Source: Myxococcales bacterium
Lineage (GTDB): Bacteria > Myxococcota_A > UBA9042 > JABWCM01 > BTVJ01
DNA length: 64,000 nucleotides
Direction: 5' to 3'
Assembly: GCA_045863395.1 (NCBI GenBank)
Contig: BTVJ01000001.1
Coordinates: 1-64,000 of the forward strand
Shown: positions 1-8,731 of the stretch, piece after piece
Position numbering within the stretch: the first letter of the stretch is position 1
Layout: each line of letters opens with the position of its first letter
Translations under genes and position numbers: made by a program
The notes under the pieces: model-generated
What the model saw: the letters and a program-made list of their open reading frames with translations, nothing else
Database searches by the model: none
What the model was told of the DNA's origin: nothing

Positions 1-39
1 AACGCAACTATAACAGGCGTGGATCGCCGTTGAGATTTA

Positions 40-495
40 TTGCAGCCCCTGTCAACGACGCCGTGGGCTCTGCCGCTGATCGCGCTGCTCACCATCACAG
101 GCCCCGGGTGTGACTCCAGCAACAGCACGTCGACGAAGTCCCCCTTGTCGGGGGGCGGACTCCCGGCAGACGGGACCGCAGGCGACTCCTCGATGACCGA
201 GGACACTTCCTGGTACGAGTACTCCTTCTGCGTCTTCGAGAACGGTACGTGCCCCGAGGGCTGCGGGCGAGCGGAGGGGAACCTCCTCGACACCGAGGCA
301 AACTGCTTTGGGCCCACTCTCCCGATCAACGTATGCTATGGAATCCAAGGAGGAAGCTCCGGGGCGATCTGCTGCTTCGTGGCGCCAGACGGCTCAATCT
401 ACTTGACCGCGGGCGATAGCTGTTCCATCGGCCCCCACACCGGGTGGAAGATCTGCCCACCCGAGTGGGGCATTACTCAGCAGTCTTGTCAATAG
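40..495 (+). CDS. Cys-rich putative lipoprotein, hypothetical
   Basis: Hydrophobic N-terminus ending in GPGC (lipobox-like), Ser/Thr linker, Cys-rich C-terminus; TTG start uncertain. Confidence 0.55.
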   Translation: MQPLSTTPWALPLIALLTITGPGCDSSNSTSTKSPLSGGGLPADGTAGDSSMTEDTSWYEYSFCVFENGTCPEGCGRAEGNLLDTEANCFGPTLPINVCYGIQGGSSGAICCFVAPDGSIYLTAGDSCSIGPHTGWKICPPEWGITQQSCQ

Positions 496-581
496 GGATC
501 GGCCGAGACGGACAATCGCAGCACGGCCCCGCTCGCGCCGCGCGACTCCGGATCGACACCCCAGACGCCTGTCCCAGTGCA

Positions 582-1547
582 TCAGCGCGCCTCGAAGCAC
601 CGCGACTCCACGCGATCAACCGCCACCGCCCCGCGAAGCACCCCTCCCTCCATGACGGCCGCGAGGGTCCCAGCGCGCTCGACGCACGCCTCCCGCGAGC
701 CGCCTGGGGAGCAGCCGATGATGGAGACCTGGCCGCCCGTGATGGGCTCCATGACCACCGGAGCGCTCACCAGGCGGCCGTCCACCTCGATGGTCAGGAT
801 CTCCTGCACGCTCGCCTTTGTCAGCGCCCCGAAGGCCTCCGCGTCGTCCGGCTCGAGCTCCATCAGGGTCTGGGCCTCCCAGTCACCGTCCGCCCTGGTG
901 CGCGCCGAGCGGACACCGTCGATGGTCACCCCCTGCCTCGCGACGGCGTAGAGCACGGCACGGGCGTGGGGAGGATCGCTCCTCCAGTGCCAGACGACGC
1001 GGAGCCCTCCCAGTGCGGACCCGGCGTTGACGGCGGCCACTGCGGCCTCCACGGCGGACGGACCGGCCCCCTCCACCTCGACGCCTGCCCGGTCATCGAG
1101 AAAGTACGCGACCCCGTCGATCCCGAGGTGCTCCTCCAGGGCGTCGCGCAGCGGCCGCTGGGCGGAGCGCTCCGCCCGCGAGAGCACGATGACCCCCGAG
1201 CGCGTCACGGTGTCTCGCAGTGTCGCCTCCCACGCGGCGAGGCGCTCCGGCGTGCAGGGCACCTCCGGTCCCCGGGTGACCACCTCGGCGATGCACGCGA
1301 GCACCCGACCGCGGCAGGGCGTCGGCGACAGGGAGACCAGCACCGTGTCCTCGTCCCACGAGACCCCGGAGACGGGCGCCGCCCCCTCCCGGTCGAGGAG
1401 CAGCAGGCGCCGCGCGATGACCGCCCGCGCCTCCTCGGTCGCGCCCTGCATCGTCAGGCCGACGGTCGCGCGGGTGGGGCGCCCCTCATCCGCCGCTGCG
1501 GGGACCGCAAGGAGCACGAGGACGGTCAGGCTGAGCCAGGAGCGCAT
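582..1547 (-). CDS. Secreted protein with SecD/SecDF P1-head-like domain
   Basis: Signal peptide MRSWLSLTVLVLLAVPAAA; C-terminal AEAFGALT..LTIEVDGRLVSAPVVMEPITGGQVSIIG..LAAVMEGG resembles the SecD P1 head; no SecD TM bundle. Confidence 0.7.
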   Translation of the reverse strand: MRSWLSLTVLVLLAVPAAADEGRPTRATVGLTMQGATEEARAVIARRLLLLDREGAAPVSGVSWDEDTVLVSLSPTPCRGRVLACIAEVVTRGPEVPCTPERLAAWEATLRDTVTRSGVIVLSRAERSAQRPLRDALEEHLGIDGVAYFLDDRAGVEVEGAGPSAVEAAVAAVNAGSALGGLRVVWHWRSDPPHARAVLYAVARQGVTIDGVRSARTRADGDWEAQTLMELEPDDAEAFGALTKASVQEILTIEVDGRLVSAPVVMEPITGGQVSIIGCSPGGSREACVERAGTLAAVMEGGVLRGAVAVDRVESRCFEAR

Positions 1548-1751
1548 TGTCCACCTCCGACGGGGACTGTCCGCGAGGGTGGAAGCGATGTCAACGTGCA
1601 TTGAGGGCATGTCGACGAGGGTGGGCTCCACTCGCTGCCGCCGGAGTCCAGGACAAGACCGCGGTGGCCGTGGTGGCCGGCAAGGTCCGCCTCAGCTCCA
1701 TCATCCTCCCCGAGCCGGCCCGCATCGCAAGGCAGCGGGGCGGACTCGCTT

Positions 1752-2294
1752 TCAGGAAGGACACCACGACGCGACCACGACAAGGTGCAGCTCGAAGGAC
1801 TGCCGGCGCCTCGGGTCAGAGATGGATGCGGAGCGGTGGGGCATGTCGGCGGCGAGGGCGGCAAGTTCGTCCCGCGAGAGGGGAAGCTCGCGGAGGATGC
1901 GTCGCACGTAGTCCTGGTCGTGGGGGTCGAAGCGCTCCACCTTGCTCAGCAGGATGTCGTGGGGGTGGGGGACGAGGATCTCCACGTCCGGCGCGTCGCT
2001 GAAGTGGAGCTTCCGCGCACGGACCAGCCACGATTCCGGCGCCGCAAGTGTCTCCGGGGGCGAGCATTCCACATAGGAACCGTGCTTGTCGTGGTACCAG
2101 GACAGCTCGCCCATGACCGCCTCCACAGGGTGGGATCGCTCGGGAGGCAGAACAATCAAGTCCACGTCGCGAGAGAGGGGGGCCTCGCTCAGCCACAGTG
2201 ACAGGGCGCCGCTGCCGAATACGATCAGGGTCCCCGTCCGTGCGAGTCTGGCGGCGTCATGGACGATGGGGAGGACATCTTCCGGGCGGACCAT
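1752..2294 (-). CDS. DUF6036-like nucleotidyltransferase
   Basis: LIVFGSGAL..SRDVDL (GS..DxD Pol-beta NTase motif), PHDILLSKVER..D C-terminus; start taken at ATG 2294. Confidence 0.75.
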   Translation of the reverse strand: MVRPEDVLPIVHDAARLARTGTLIVFGSGALSLWLSEAPLSRDVDLIVLPPERSHPVEAVMGELSWYHDKHGSYVECSPPETLAAPESWLVRARKLHFSDAPDVEILVPHPHDILLSKVERFDPHDQDYVRRILRELPLSRDELAALAADMPHRSASISDPRRRQSFELHLVVVASWCPS

Positions 2295-2626
2295 AGGGGC
2301 ACCTTCGTGTGGGGGTGGGATGCGAGCACTGAGGTGACGTCCGGTCCTCCAGCCAGGGCGCGCCAGGCTTCGACGAGGCCCTCCAGGGTGACCTCTGCGC
2401 GAAGCCACCGCCGCAGAAGGTCCGCGTACTGTGTGAGGGACTCCAGACCTGGCTCGACCTCGTACACCATCGCCCAGACGAGGTCCACCGGGCTTGGGTC
2501 AGTCCCCATGAAGCGGCGAAGGCTCTTCGCCAGCTCACAGCGATAGCCCGGGTCGCCCTCCCAGAGCCGGTGCCCCGCTTGCAGGGTAGCCTCCCGTCGC
2601 AGAAGTCGCTGGTCGAAGTCGCTCAT
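2225..2626 (-). CDS. Hypothetical protein, putative partner of the DUF6036 NTase
   Basis: ~133 aa helical ORF directly upstream of, and overlapping by 70 bp, the NTase gene. Confidence 0.55.
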   Translation of the reverse strand: MSDFDQRLLRREATLQAGHRLWEGDPGYRCELAKSLRRFMGTDPSPVDLVWAMVYEVEPGLESLTQYADLLRRWLRAEVTLEGLVEAWRALAGGPDVTSVLASHPHTKVPLWSARKMSSPSSMTPPDSHGRGP

Positions 2627-2705
2627 CAGGGAGAGGCTACGCTCCTCCGAGCTGGGCAGCAAGAGTCGGGGGCCTCGCACAGTGGAGCTCCCCGGACACG
2701 CAGGG

Positions 2706-3473
2706 CTACTTGCGCTCCAGCCACCGCAGCGAGAAGACCTCGTCCTTGAGCGCGACGCCGTAGGTGACCGACTCCAGCGTCAGGACCGTCTTGCTGCCCT
2801 GGCGGAGCTTGTCCGCGAGCTCCATCTTCATCGCAGTCCAGCGGCCCTCAATCTGCCGCACGTCGGACATCTCCCAGGTCTTCAGCAGCATTCCGGAGAC
2901 GGCGAACAGCTCCTGGCGCACTGGGACCATGGTCTCCTTGTCGATCCAGATGAGACGCCGGGGGTAGCTGACGGTGGAGTCTCGTGCCACCGCCTCCAGC
3001 TTCCAGCAGGGGCGCCCGGCCAGCTCCTCCTCGCCGAGCACCGTGGCGGCATACCGCTTGCGGAAGTCCGCCGCCTGCATCATGTCCTCGTAGCTGATGT
3101 CCGAGCCCATCATGCCCTGGCGCAGCATGTGGCCGCTGATCTTCTGGGTGCGCTCCGCCCGCGGCATGTAGAGCCACAGGTCGTCCTTCTTCTTGAGCAT
3201 GCGCGTGCCCTTGTCCCGGGGGGGAGACAGGTACTCCACCGCCGCGTCGTCGGTGCCCCGCGCGAAGCTCTGCAGCTCGTAGGCGCGGGTGCGGTCCCCG
3301 TCCACGACGGTCATGGTGGATCGCGACGTGCGCGTGTCGAACTGGAGGGTCTTGTCCATGGCGTCGAGCAGGTCGTCTGCCGTGGGGGTCGCGGGCACAG
3401 TGGGAACCGGGGGCTCGGCGGGCTGCGCCAGGGCAGCCGCGGGCAGGAGGAGGAGCAGGAGCGCGAGCCTCAC
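2706..3473 (-). CDS. Outer-membrane lipoprotein-sorting protein (LolA-like)
   Basis: Signal peptide; YLSPPRDKGTRML, LWLYMPRAERTQKISG, MMGSDISYEDM motifs; follows ABC permeases. Confidence 0.85.
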   Translation of the reverse strand: MRLALLLLLLPAAALAQPAEPPVPTVPATPTADDLLDAMDKTLQFDTRTSRSTMTVVDGDRTRAYELQSFARGTDDAAVEYLSPPRDKGTRMLKKKDDLWLYMPRAERTQKISGHMLRQGMMGSDISYEDMMQAADFRKRYAATVLGEEELAGRPCWKLEAVARDSTVSYPRRLIWIDKETMVPVRQELFAVSGMLLKTWEMSDVRQIEGRWTAMKMELADKLRQGSKTVLTLESVTYGVALKDEVFSLRWLERK

Positions 3474-3477
3474 GATG

Positions 3478-4710
3478 TCACCTCCGCGCGTGCATGGCGG
3501 TCACGGGCTGGATGGACGCGGCCCGCAGCGACGGGAGGGTGGCCCCCACCACGGCGATGCAGAGGCCGAGCAGGATGGACGTGCCCAGGATGCCCGGGGT
3601 CACGTCCGCGTACACGGTGGCTTTCATGGGGAGCCCACCCACCTTGTCGGCGACGGCCCCGAGCGTGACGCCGTTCTTCTCCAGCCAGGCGCCCACCGCC
3701 GCGCCGAGGGCCGTCCCCGTGAGTCCGCCGGTGAGCCCGATGGCGAGCGCCTCCACCACGAAGAGCCCCACCGTGCCAGGCCGCGTCAGGCCCATGGCGC
3801 GCATGACGCCGATCTCTCCGCTGCGCTCCATGACGGCCATGGTCATGGTGTTGAAGATGGCCAACGACGCGATGAACACGATCAGCGCCTGGATGAACGC
3901 CTTCATGGCGCCCACCATGGTCATCGCCGACGCCCACGGCTCCCGCTCGTACCAGGCGGTGGCGTCGAGCCCCGCCAACGACGGCAGAGACCGCAGCCGC
4001 GCCAGGACCGGCGCCACGTCGGAGGCCCGCTCAGACCGCACATAGACGAGCACCTCCAGGGCGCCGTCGGGGAGGTCCACGAGCCACCGGGCCTCCTCCA
4101 GCGAGAGGAAGGCCTGCTGGTCCACCAGCGCGTTGGCTGACACGATGCCCGTCACCTTCGCCGAGACCGGGGACATGGAGCCGTACTGGGTCTGGCCCAA
4201 CAACAGGATCTCCGAGCCCACGGCGGCCCCGGCCCTCTCTGCCACCTTGCGCCCCAGCACCACCTCCTTCTCGCCGATGGACCACCGCCCCGCGACCAGG
4301 CTCCCCGGGCCGCCCAGGTGCTCCCGGTACCACGAATCCGTGGCCCCGACGACCAGCGTGAGCTCCTCGCCGATCTCCTCGCCGGCCGTGATGACCGCGC
4401 CCGCGGTGACGCGCGCCTGGGCATCCACGACCCCCGGCACCGCCCGGACCGCGTCGAGCACCGGCCCCACCTCTGCGATGTTCTCGTAGAGCGGCATCAG
4501 CTCCTCGCGGGCGGCGAAGTCCGCGTCCACGATGCGGATGTGCCCTCCCACGGCCGTCTGGTCGCGGATCATGGTCCCGAACAGCCCCTCCATCCAGGAC
4601 AGCGCTACGGTGATCAGCGCCGTCGCCACCAGGATGGTCCCCACCGTGAGGGCCGAGCGCCGGTGGTTCCGCAGGACGTTGCGCAGCGCCAGTTTGATCC
4701 ACAGGCTCAT
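3478..4710 (-). CDS. ABC transporter permease (FtsX/LolE-like)
   Basis: LALRNVLRNHRRSALT start; NTMTMAVMERSGEIGVMRAMG; ATG 4710 overlaps the upstream stop. Confidence 0.9.
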   Translation of the reverse strand: MSLWIKLALRNVLRNHRRSALTVGTILVATALITVALSWMEGLFGTMIRDQTAVGGHIRIVDADFAAREELMPLYENIAEVGPVLDAVRAVPGVVDAQARVTAGAVITAGEEIGEELTLVVGATDSWYREHLGGPGSLVAGRWSIGEKEVVLGRKVAERAGAAVGSEILLLGQTQYGSMSPVSAKVTGIVSANALVDQQAFLSLEEARWLVDLPDGALEVLVYVRSERASDVAPVLARLRSLPSLAGLDATAWYEREPWASAMTMVGAMKAFIQALIVFIASLAIFNTMTMAVMERSGEIGVMRAMGLTRPGTVGLFVVEALAIGLTGGLTGTALGAAVGAWLEKNGVTLGAVADKVGGLPMKATVYADVTPGILGTSILLGLCIAVVGATLPSLRAASIQPVTAMHARR

Positions 4711-5942
4711 TCCGCCCTCACCGCCTCGGCGGGCGTCATGCGGGACGCGATCAGCGCCGGGTACACCGACGCCAGGAGCGCCACCAGCAGCCCCGCCAGG
4801 GCCGCGACCACCACGGCCGTACCCGACCACTCCATGTAGAGCATCACCGAGAAGGGGATGTTCTCGTAGACCCCGGTGGACCCGGCGGTCTCCATCATGG
4901 CGGAGAGATCCATGCCGTGGACGCTGTAGTGGTGGACGACGGTGCCCCCGAGGCAGGCCCCGAGAGACGCCCCCGCCGTGCCCATCACGGCCCCCTCCGT
5001 CACGAAGAGCGCGACGACTCCCCCTCGGGTCAGCCCCATGGCGCGGAGCGTGCCAATCTCGCGGACACGCTCGTAGGCGGCCATCAGGACGGTGTTTGCA
5101 ATCCCCGTGGCGGCGATGGCCATGAGCGCCAGCGCGATGATGTCGAGCATGGTCTGGCGGAGGTCCTGGAGGTCGAGCAGGTCCCGGCTCTCCTCCCGCC
5201 AGGTGGTCACGCGGGCGCCGGCCATCCGCGTTCGCAGCGCGGCTGCGACTGCGTCCGCGTCGTCCCGGCTCGCCAGCCGCACCGCCAGGTGGGAGAATGC
5301 CCCCCGGGTCTGCACCAGGTCCTGCACCAGCGCGTCGGGCATCATGACGCCCAGCCGGTCGAAGGCCGGGTTTCCGGCGCGCACCACGCCGGCGACGGGC
5401 AGCTCCAGCGCGTTGATGGCGCCGTCGCGGGTGCGCACCTCGAAGATCAGGCGAGCGCCGGGCGCCGCGTCGAACAGGCGGGCGACCCCCACAGACAGCA
5501 GGACGCCGTGCTCCACCGCCACGGGAACCGCCCCGGAGAGCCTCCACCCGTCCCGGGGAAACACCGCCGCGTCGCCCGCCCCGAACCCGATGGCGCGCAC
5601 CCGCACCGCGTCCCTCCCGTGGACGACGCGGGCCGCAAAGACCGTGCGCGTGGTCCACGCCTCCGTATGTGCGTCGAGCCACGCGGCGGTGTCCCCGTCG
5701 AGGGTCAGGAGCCCATCCAGCGGGAAGCGGCCCCCCGTCGTGGGGTAGTCGGCGGGCACCGCCAGGACGTGGCCGCTGGCCGTGTCGATCTGGGCGCGGA
5801 CGATGTTCTCCTTGGTGCCGCCGATGAAGCCGCGCCCCAGGATGAGCACGGCCACCCCAAACACGATGGACACCATGGACAGCGCCGTGCGCCCCCGCTG
5901 GCGGAGAACGTTGCGCAGGGCGAGGCGCAGCGTGACCATCAC
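4707..5942 (-). CDS. ABC transporter permease (FtsX/LolE-like)
   Basis: LALRNVLRQRGRTAL; NTVLMAAYERVREIGTLRAMG; ASVYPALIASRMTPAEA. Confidence 0.9.
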   Translation of the reverse strand: MMVTLRLALRNVLRQRGRTALSMVSIVFGVAVLILGRGFIGGTKENIVRAQIDTASGHVLAVPADYPTTGGRFPLDGLLTLDGDTAAWLDAHTEAWTTRTVFAARVVHGRDAVRVRAIGFGAGDAAVFPRDGWRLSGAVPVAVEHGVLLSVGVARLFDAAPGARLIFEVRTRDGAINALELPVAGVVRAGNPAFDRLGVMMPDALVQDLVQTRGAFSHLAVRLASRDDADAVAAALRTRMAGARVTTWREESRDLLDLQDLRQTMLDIIALALMAIAATGIANTVLMAAYERVREIGTLRAMGLTRGGVVALFVTEGAVMGTAGASLGACLGGTVVHHYSVHGMDLSAMMETAGSTGVYENIPFSVMLYMEWSGTAVVVAALAGLLVALLASVYPALIASRMTPAEAVRAE

Positions 5943-6640
5943 GGCCTCCCGGCGGGCGGCTCGCGCACCTCGTCCCTGTCGATGCGCCCGTCCCTCATGC
6001 TCAGCACGCGGCGGGCGCGCTCGCGCACCATGGGGTCGTGGGTGGCGAGCAGAAACGTGACGCCGCTCTCCTCGTTCATGCGCCGCATGAGATCCAGGAT
6101 CTGCCCGCCCGTCGCCGTGTCCAGGTTCGCGGTGGGCTCGTCGGCGATGACCAGCGCGGGCCGCTTGACCAGGGCACGCGCCACGGCCACGCGCTGCTGC
6201 TGCCCTCCGGAGAGCTGGCTCGGGCGGCGCTTCACCAGATCCCCGAGCCCCACCGCCGCGAGCGCCTCCACCGCCATCTGGCGCCGGTCCCCGGGCGTGC
6301 GGGCCAGGTGCAGCGCCATCTCCACGTTCTCCAGCGCCGTCAGCACGGGCACGAGGTTGAAGGACTGGAAGATGAAGCCGATGGTGGCGGCCCGCGTGCG
6401 GGCGAGGGCCCGGCCGTGCAGGCTGGCGACGTCCACCCCCTGGACCAGGACGGTCCCCGCGCTCGGCACGTCCAGCAGGCCCACCATGTTGAGCAGCGTG
6501 GTCTTCCCGGAGCCGGACGGCCCGCTGATCACGCTGAAGCCCCCGGCCTCGAAGGTGATGTCCACGGCGTCCAGGGCGCGCACCAGGGAGGCCCCGCTCC
6601 CGTAGGTCCGGGACGCCCCTCGCAGCTCACAGATGGCCAC
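5939..6640 (-). CDS. ABC transporter ATP-binding protein (LolD-like)
   Basis: Walker A GPSGSGKT, LSGGQQQRVAVARA, ADEPTANLD, H-loop ATHD; GTG 6640 preceded by AGGAGG. Confidence 0.92.
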   Translation of the reverse strand: MAICELRGASRTYGSGASLVRALDAVDITFEAGGFSVISGPSGSGKTTLLNMVGLLDVPSAGTVLVQGVDVASLHGRALARTRAATIGFIFQSFNLVPVLTALENVEMALHLARTPGDRRQMAVEALAAVGLGDLVKRRPSQLSGGQQQRVAVARALVKRPALVIADEPTANLDTATGGQILDLMRRMNEESGVTFLLATHDPMVRERARRVLSMRDGRIDRDEVREPPAGRP

Positions 6641-6838
6641 GGCTCCTCCTTCCGGCATGCCGCTCGGGGGCCCACTCCTGTGCTCGACCGCAGCCGGCGC
6701 CCCACCCAGAGCGGCTTACCCGATGTGGGGCCCGGCGACAACAACTTTGGGGCTCGCAGGGTTGTACGGTCACGTCCCGCCATGTACGCTGCGCCGCGGC
6801 GCGAGCCTCTCACCCACTTCTCAGGAGCCGACGAACCG

Positions 6839-8659
6839 ATGCGGATTCGGATGGAACTTCATGCAGTCGCTGCGCTTCTGTGCATCGCGCTCGCGGGCTG
6901 TGACGGCGGGGCCGCGGAGCCGGCCCAGGGGCAGGACGCGGCCGGCGACGTGGGCACGCCAGGCGCACCGGACACGGCCGCCTCCGACGACGCGCAGGGC
7001 GCGTCGACGGGGCAGCACGACGCGCTCCCCGACTCCGCGACAGCGGACGGGGGGCCTGACGACGCACCGCTCGCCGACGGGGGGGACGCCTCGGGCGGAG
7101 GCGACGTCTCGGGCGGCAGCGACACCTCCCCCGACGTGGTCGCGCCGTCCGGGCCGCCCTTCTACGGGGTCGTCCAGCCCATCCTCCAGGAGCACTGCCA
7201 GCTCTGCCACGTGGACGGCGGCCTCGGACCGTTCCCCCTCGTGACGTGGGAGAACGTCGCCCCGCTCGCGCCGCTGGTCGCCGCCGCCGTCTCGGAGCGG
7301 CACATGCCGCCGTGGGGGCAGCAGGACACCGACGCGTGCGACACGCTGCACCCGTTCAAGGACGACATCAGCCTCTCGGATGCACAGATCGCGACCATCG
7401 TCGCCTGGGCGGAGGGCGGCACCCCCGAGGGGGATCCGTCCCTGGCCCTGCCCCCGAGACAGCCCATCTCCAACGCGCTGCCGAACCCGACCCACGAGCT
7501 CGTGACGCCGCAGACCACCGTCAGCGCCGGCAAGGACCTGTTCCGCTGCTATGTGCTGGACCCGGGCTTCGACGCGGACACGTGGATCAACGGCGTCCAC
7601 TTCGTGCCGAGCAACGACGAGGTCGCCCACCACGCCCTGCTATTCCTCGACGCCCAGGGGACCAGCACGGCGATGGCCGATGACACGGGCGCCTTCGACT
7701 GCTTCGGCGGCGCCCCCGGCGACCAGCTCATCGCGGCCTGGGCACCCGGCGGCCGCCCCATGGAGCTGCCAGGCGGGGCCGGCGTGCCGGTCCAGGCGGG
7801 CTCCAAGCTGGTCCTGCAGATGCACTACCACCCGAGCGGCCTCGACGACGAGACGGACGCGACGACCATCCAGCTCCGCGCGCTGGACGCGGAGCCGGCG
7901 CTCTTCGCCTTCACGGCGCTCATCGGCAACTTCGGCGGGCCCCAGCAAGGCGGCGATGGCCTGCTGCCCGGGCCGGCCGACGGCGGCTCCCCGAAGTTCC
8001 TGATCCCCGCGGGCGCCACGAGCCACACGGAGTCCATGGCGTTCACGGTCCCGGCCACGCTGGACGGCGCCCCCATGCCGCGCTTCTCCATCCACGCGGT
8101 CGCGTCCCACATGCACTACGTGGGCAAGGACATGATCATCGAGCTCGACCGGGCCACGGGCGGCGCCTGCACCTCAGACGAGCTGGCGCCGCTCCTCGGC
8201 TGCCTGGCGGACAACTGCGCGGGCGTGGCGCTCGGAGACCTGCAGAGCTGCGCCGTGGCGAGCTGCGCGGGCAGCGTGGAGGGGCTCTCGGCCGGCTGCA
8301 CGGACTGCCTCGTGGCCAACGTCGCGGCAGGCTCGCCCGAGCTGATCGCCGCCGCGTGCCAGACGCCAGTGACGACCGACCAGCCCGCTCAGGAGTGCCT
8401 GCTCCAGACGCCCCGCTGGGACTTCCACTGGCAACGCTTCTACGTCGTCGACGTCCCCCTGGAGGCGCTGCCCACCGTCGGCGCCGGCGACCGCCTGCGG
8501 TTCCGCTGCACCTACGACAACAGCCTCGACAACCACCACGTGGCGGACGCCCTCGCGTCCCAGGGGCTCGACGCCCCCGTCGACGTCCGGCTCGGCGAGG
8601 AGACCCTCGACGAGATGTGCCTCGTCGCCCTCCAGCTCGTCTACACGCCCACCGACTAG
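6839..8659 (+). CDS. Lipoprotein with CxxCH haem motif and copper type II ascorbate-dependent monooxygenase-like domains
   Basis: LAGC lipobox; CQLCH; HH, QMHYH, SHMH, WDFHWQ and DEMC copper-ligand pattern of PHM/DBH-like enzymes. Confidence 0.8.
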   Translation: MRIRMELHAVAALLCIALAGCDGGAAEPAQGQDAAGDVGTPGAPDTAASDDAQGASTGQHDALPDSATADGGPDDAPLADGGDASGGGDVSGGSDTSPDVVAPSGPPFYGVVQPILQEHCQLCHVDGGLGPFPLVTWENVAPLAPLVAAAVSERHMPPWGQQDTDACDTLHPFKDDISLSDAQIATIVAWAEGGTPEGDPSLALPPRQPISNALPNPTHELVTPQTTVSAGKDLFRCYVLDPGFDADTWINGVHFVPSNDEVAHHALLFLDAQGTSTAMADDTGAFDCFGGAPGDQLIAAWAPGGRPMELPGGAGVPVQAGSKLVLQMHYHPSGLDDETDATTIQLRALDAEPALFAFTALIGNFGGPQQGGDGLLPGPADGGSPKFLIPAGATSHTESMAFTVPATLDGAPMPRFSIHAVASHMHYVGKDMIIELDRATGGACTSDELAPLLGCLADNCAGVALGDLQSCAVASCAGSVEGLSAGCTDCLVANVAAGSPELIAAACQTPVTTDQPAQECLLQTPRWDFHWQRFYVVDVPLEALPTVGAGDRLRFRCTYDNSLDNHHVADALASQGLDAPVDVRLGEETLDEMCLVALQLVYTPTD

Positions 8660-8731
8660 GAGAGGCCGCCTCCGCGCCGATCCCCGAGGGGACCGCCCTC
8701 CGCGTGTCGAGCCCCTGCCATCGAGGCCCCC

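Noticed and set aside
4711..5682. N-terminal extension of the 734-aa permease ORF
   Set aside because: Out-of-frame overlap with the upstream permease; the real start is ATG 4710.
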